Assembly: GCA_016748015.1 (NCBI GenBank)
Contig: JAAOMT010000284.1
Location: forward strand, 1-48,989
DNA: 48,989 nucleotides
Source: Geosiphon pyriformis uo1
Lineage: Eukaryota; Fungi; Glomeromycota
Direction of reading: 5' to 3'
In this document: positions 48,181-48,989 of the stretch, piece by piece
How positions within the stretch are numbered: position 1 is the first letter of the stretch
Layout of the letters: each line of letters begins with the position of its first letter
Notes under the pieces: model-generated
The model's database searches: none
What the model was told of the DNA's origin: nothing
Seen by the model: only the letters and a program-made list of their open reading frames with translations
Program-made: the position numbers and the translations under genes

Positions 48181-48989
48181 ATGGGTGATTACTCATATCT
48201 GTCACAACAATCAGAAAAACACTTTGCAGCACACAACAAAAACAATCTAAATTTCATTGGACTTAATCCTCTGCTCTTCTGCTTGATCTGTTTCCCCCTT
48301 GAAGAACAATCCAGTAGACAATTCCAAGACTTTTGGAACTGGTTTCTGAACGAGCATTCAGTTGAAACCTACACAGCTTATATGACCTATTACTTTGACC
48401 AAGCTTATTTTGAAAATGACTTTGAAGAAAGAAACAACAGTATCAATCAACTCTTATATTCTGCAATCTTTGAACAACAGCCTCTTGATTTCGAATATCT
48501 GAATTATCAAATCCACATTTGGATTGCTGCCCATCAAGCAACTGAAACTCTCTTTAAAACAGAAGAAAAAAGTTACCAAACTGCCTCTGTTTTTGATCTT
48601 TTATCAAGTGAATTAGACTCGTCTACACAAACAGTTATCCCTGAACCAATGGCTAATGACCCCATGCAAGCAAACATTCTGGCCGCCCTCCAAGATATAC
48701 AAACTGCTTTAGGAAGAAGAAACAATACCCCACTACTATTATTTAGAGGTAATGCACAAGATCCAATTGAATGATTGGATGATTTTGAGAGAGCTGTTAC
48801 AGCCAACCAGTATGATGAAGAATACAAGTTCTAAATCATTGGTGACTACCTCCAAGGCTCTCCTGCTACCTGGTTTTTACAAAAAACAGATGCCAATGCT
48901 CAACACAGAATAATCAGATGGACACCAATCAATGCTGGAGAAGAAAATACCTCTTTTACTACCCAATTTGAGGCCAAGTTCAGAACCCC
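48181..48989 (+). pseudogene. gag: gag of X2 (partial; premature stops)
   Basis: ATG at 48181; FRGNAQDPIE*LDDFERAVTANQY...YLQGSPATWF are capsid-like motifs. Confidence 0.85.

Larger units (their letters stand above)
47415..48989 (+). mobile_element. Ty3/Gypsy element X2 (5' part; runs off the window), inserted in LINE L-b
   Basis: LTR, PBS and gag homologous to X. Confidence 0.9.

Overview
This window is eukaryotic, AT-rich and made up entirely of nested retrotransposons. I see no host gene, RNA gene or CRISPR array. The protein families resemble those of Glomeromycotina fungi (Geosiphon-like), but this is recognition only, not a search result. There are six Ty3/Gypsy LTR elements from three families: A (1-3701), B (3702-11875) and D (35574-45477) on the minus strand; C (15907-26086) on the plus strand; and X (11876-29274) and X2 (47415-end) on the plus strand. 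There is also one solo LTR, three LINE fragments (one with RNase H) and two ~2.4-kb poly(A)-tailed elements encoding only a LINE ORF1-like protein. Nesting reaches four levels and several junctions have visible target-site duplications (TSDs). Most copies are degraded by C>T/G>A changes, but the gag of A is intact. The main unusual signal is a Gypsy layout shared across the families. Pol stops just after RNase H, and integrase (IN) sits in a separate ORF with its own ATG (B, C, D, X). A conserved non-Env third ORF ends at the polypurine tract (C, D, X). Families A/B/D and C also have a Met-free, apparently GTG-initiated Gag extension, and a Cys-rich domain plus dUTPase between protease and RT. 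The ORF1-only elements share the 3' tail of the LINE ORF2 fragments, which suggests a HAL1-like non-autonomous system.
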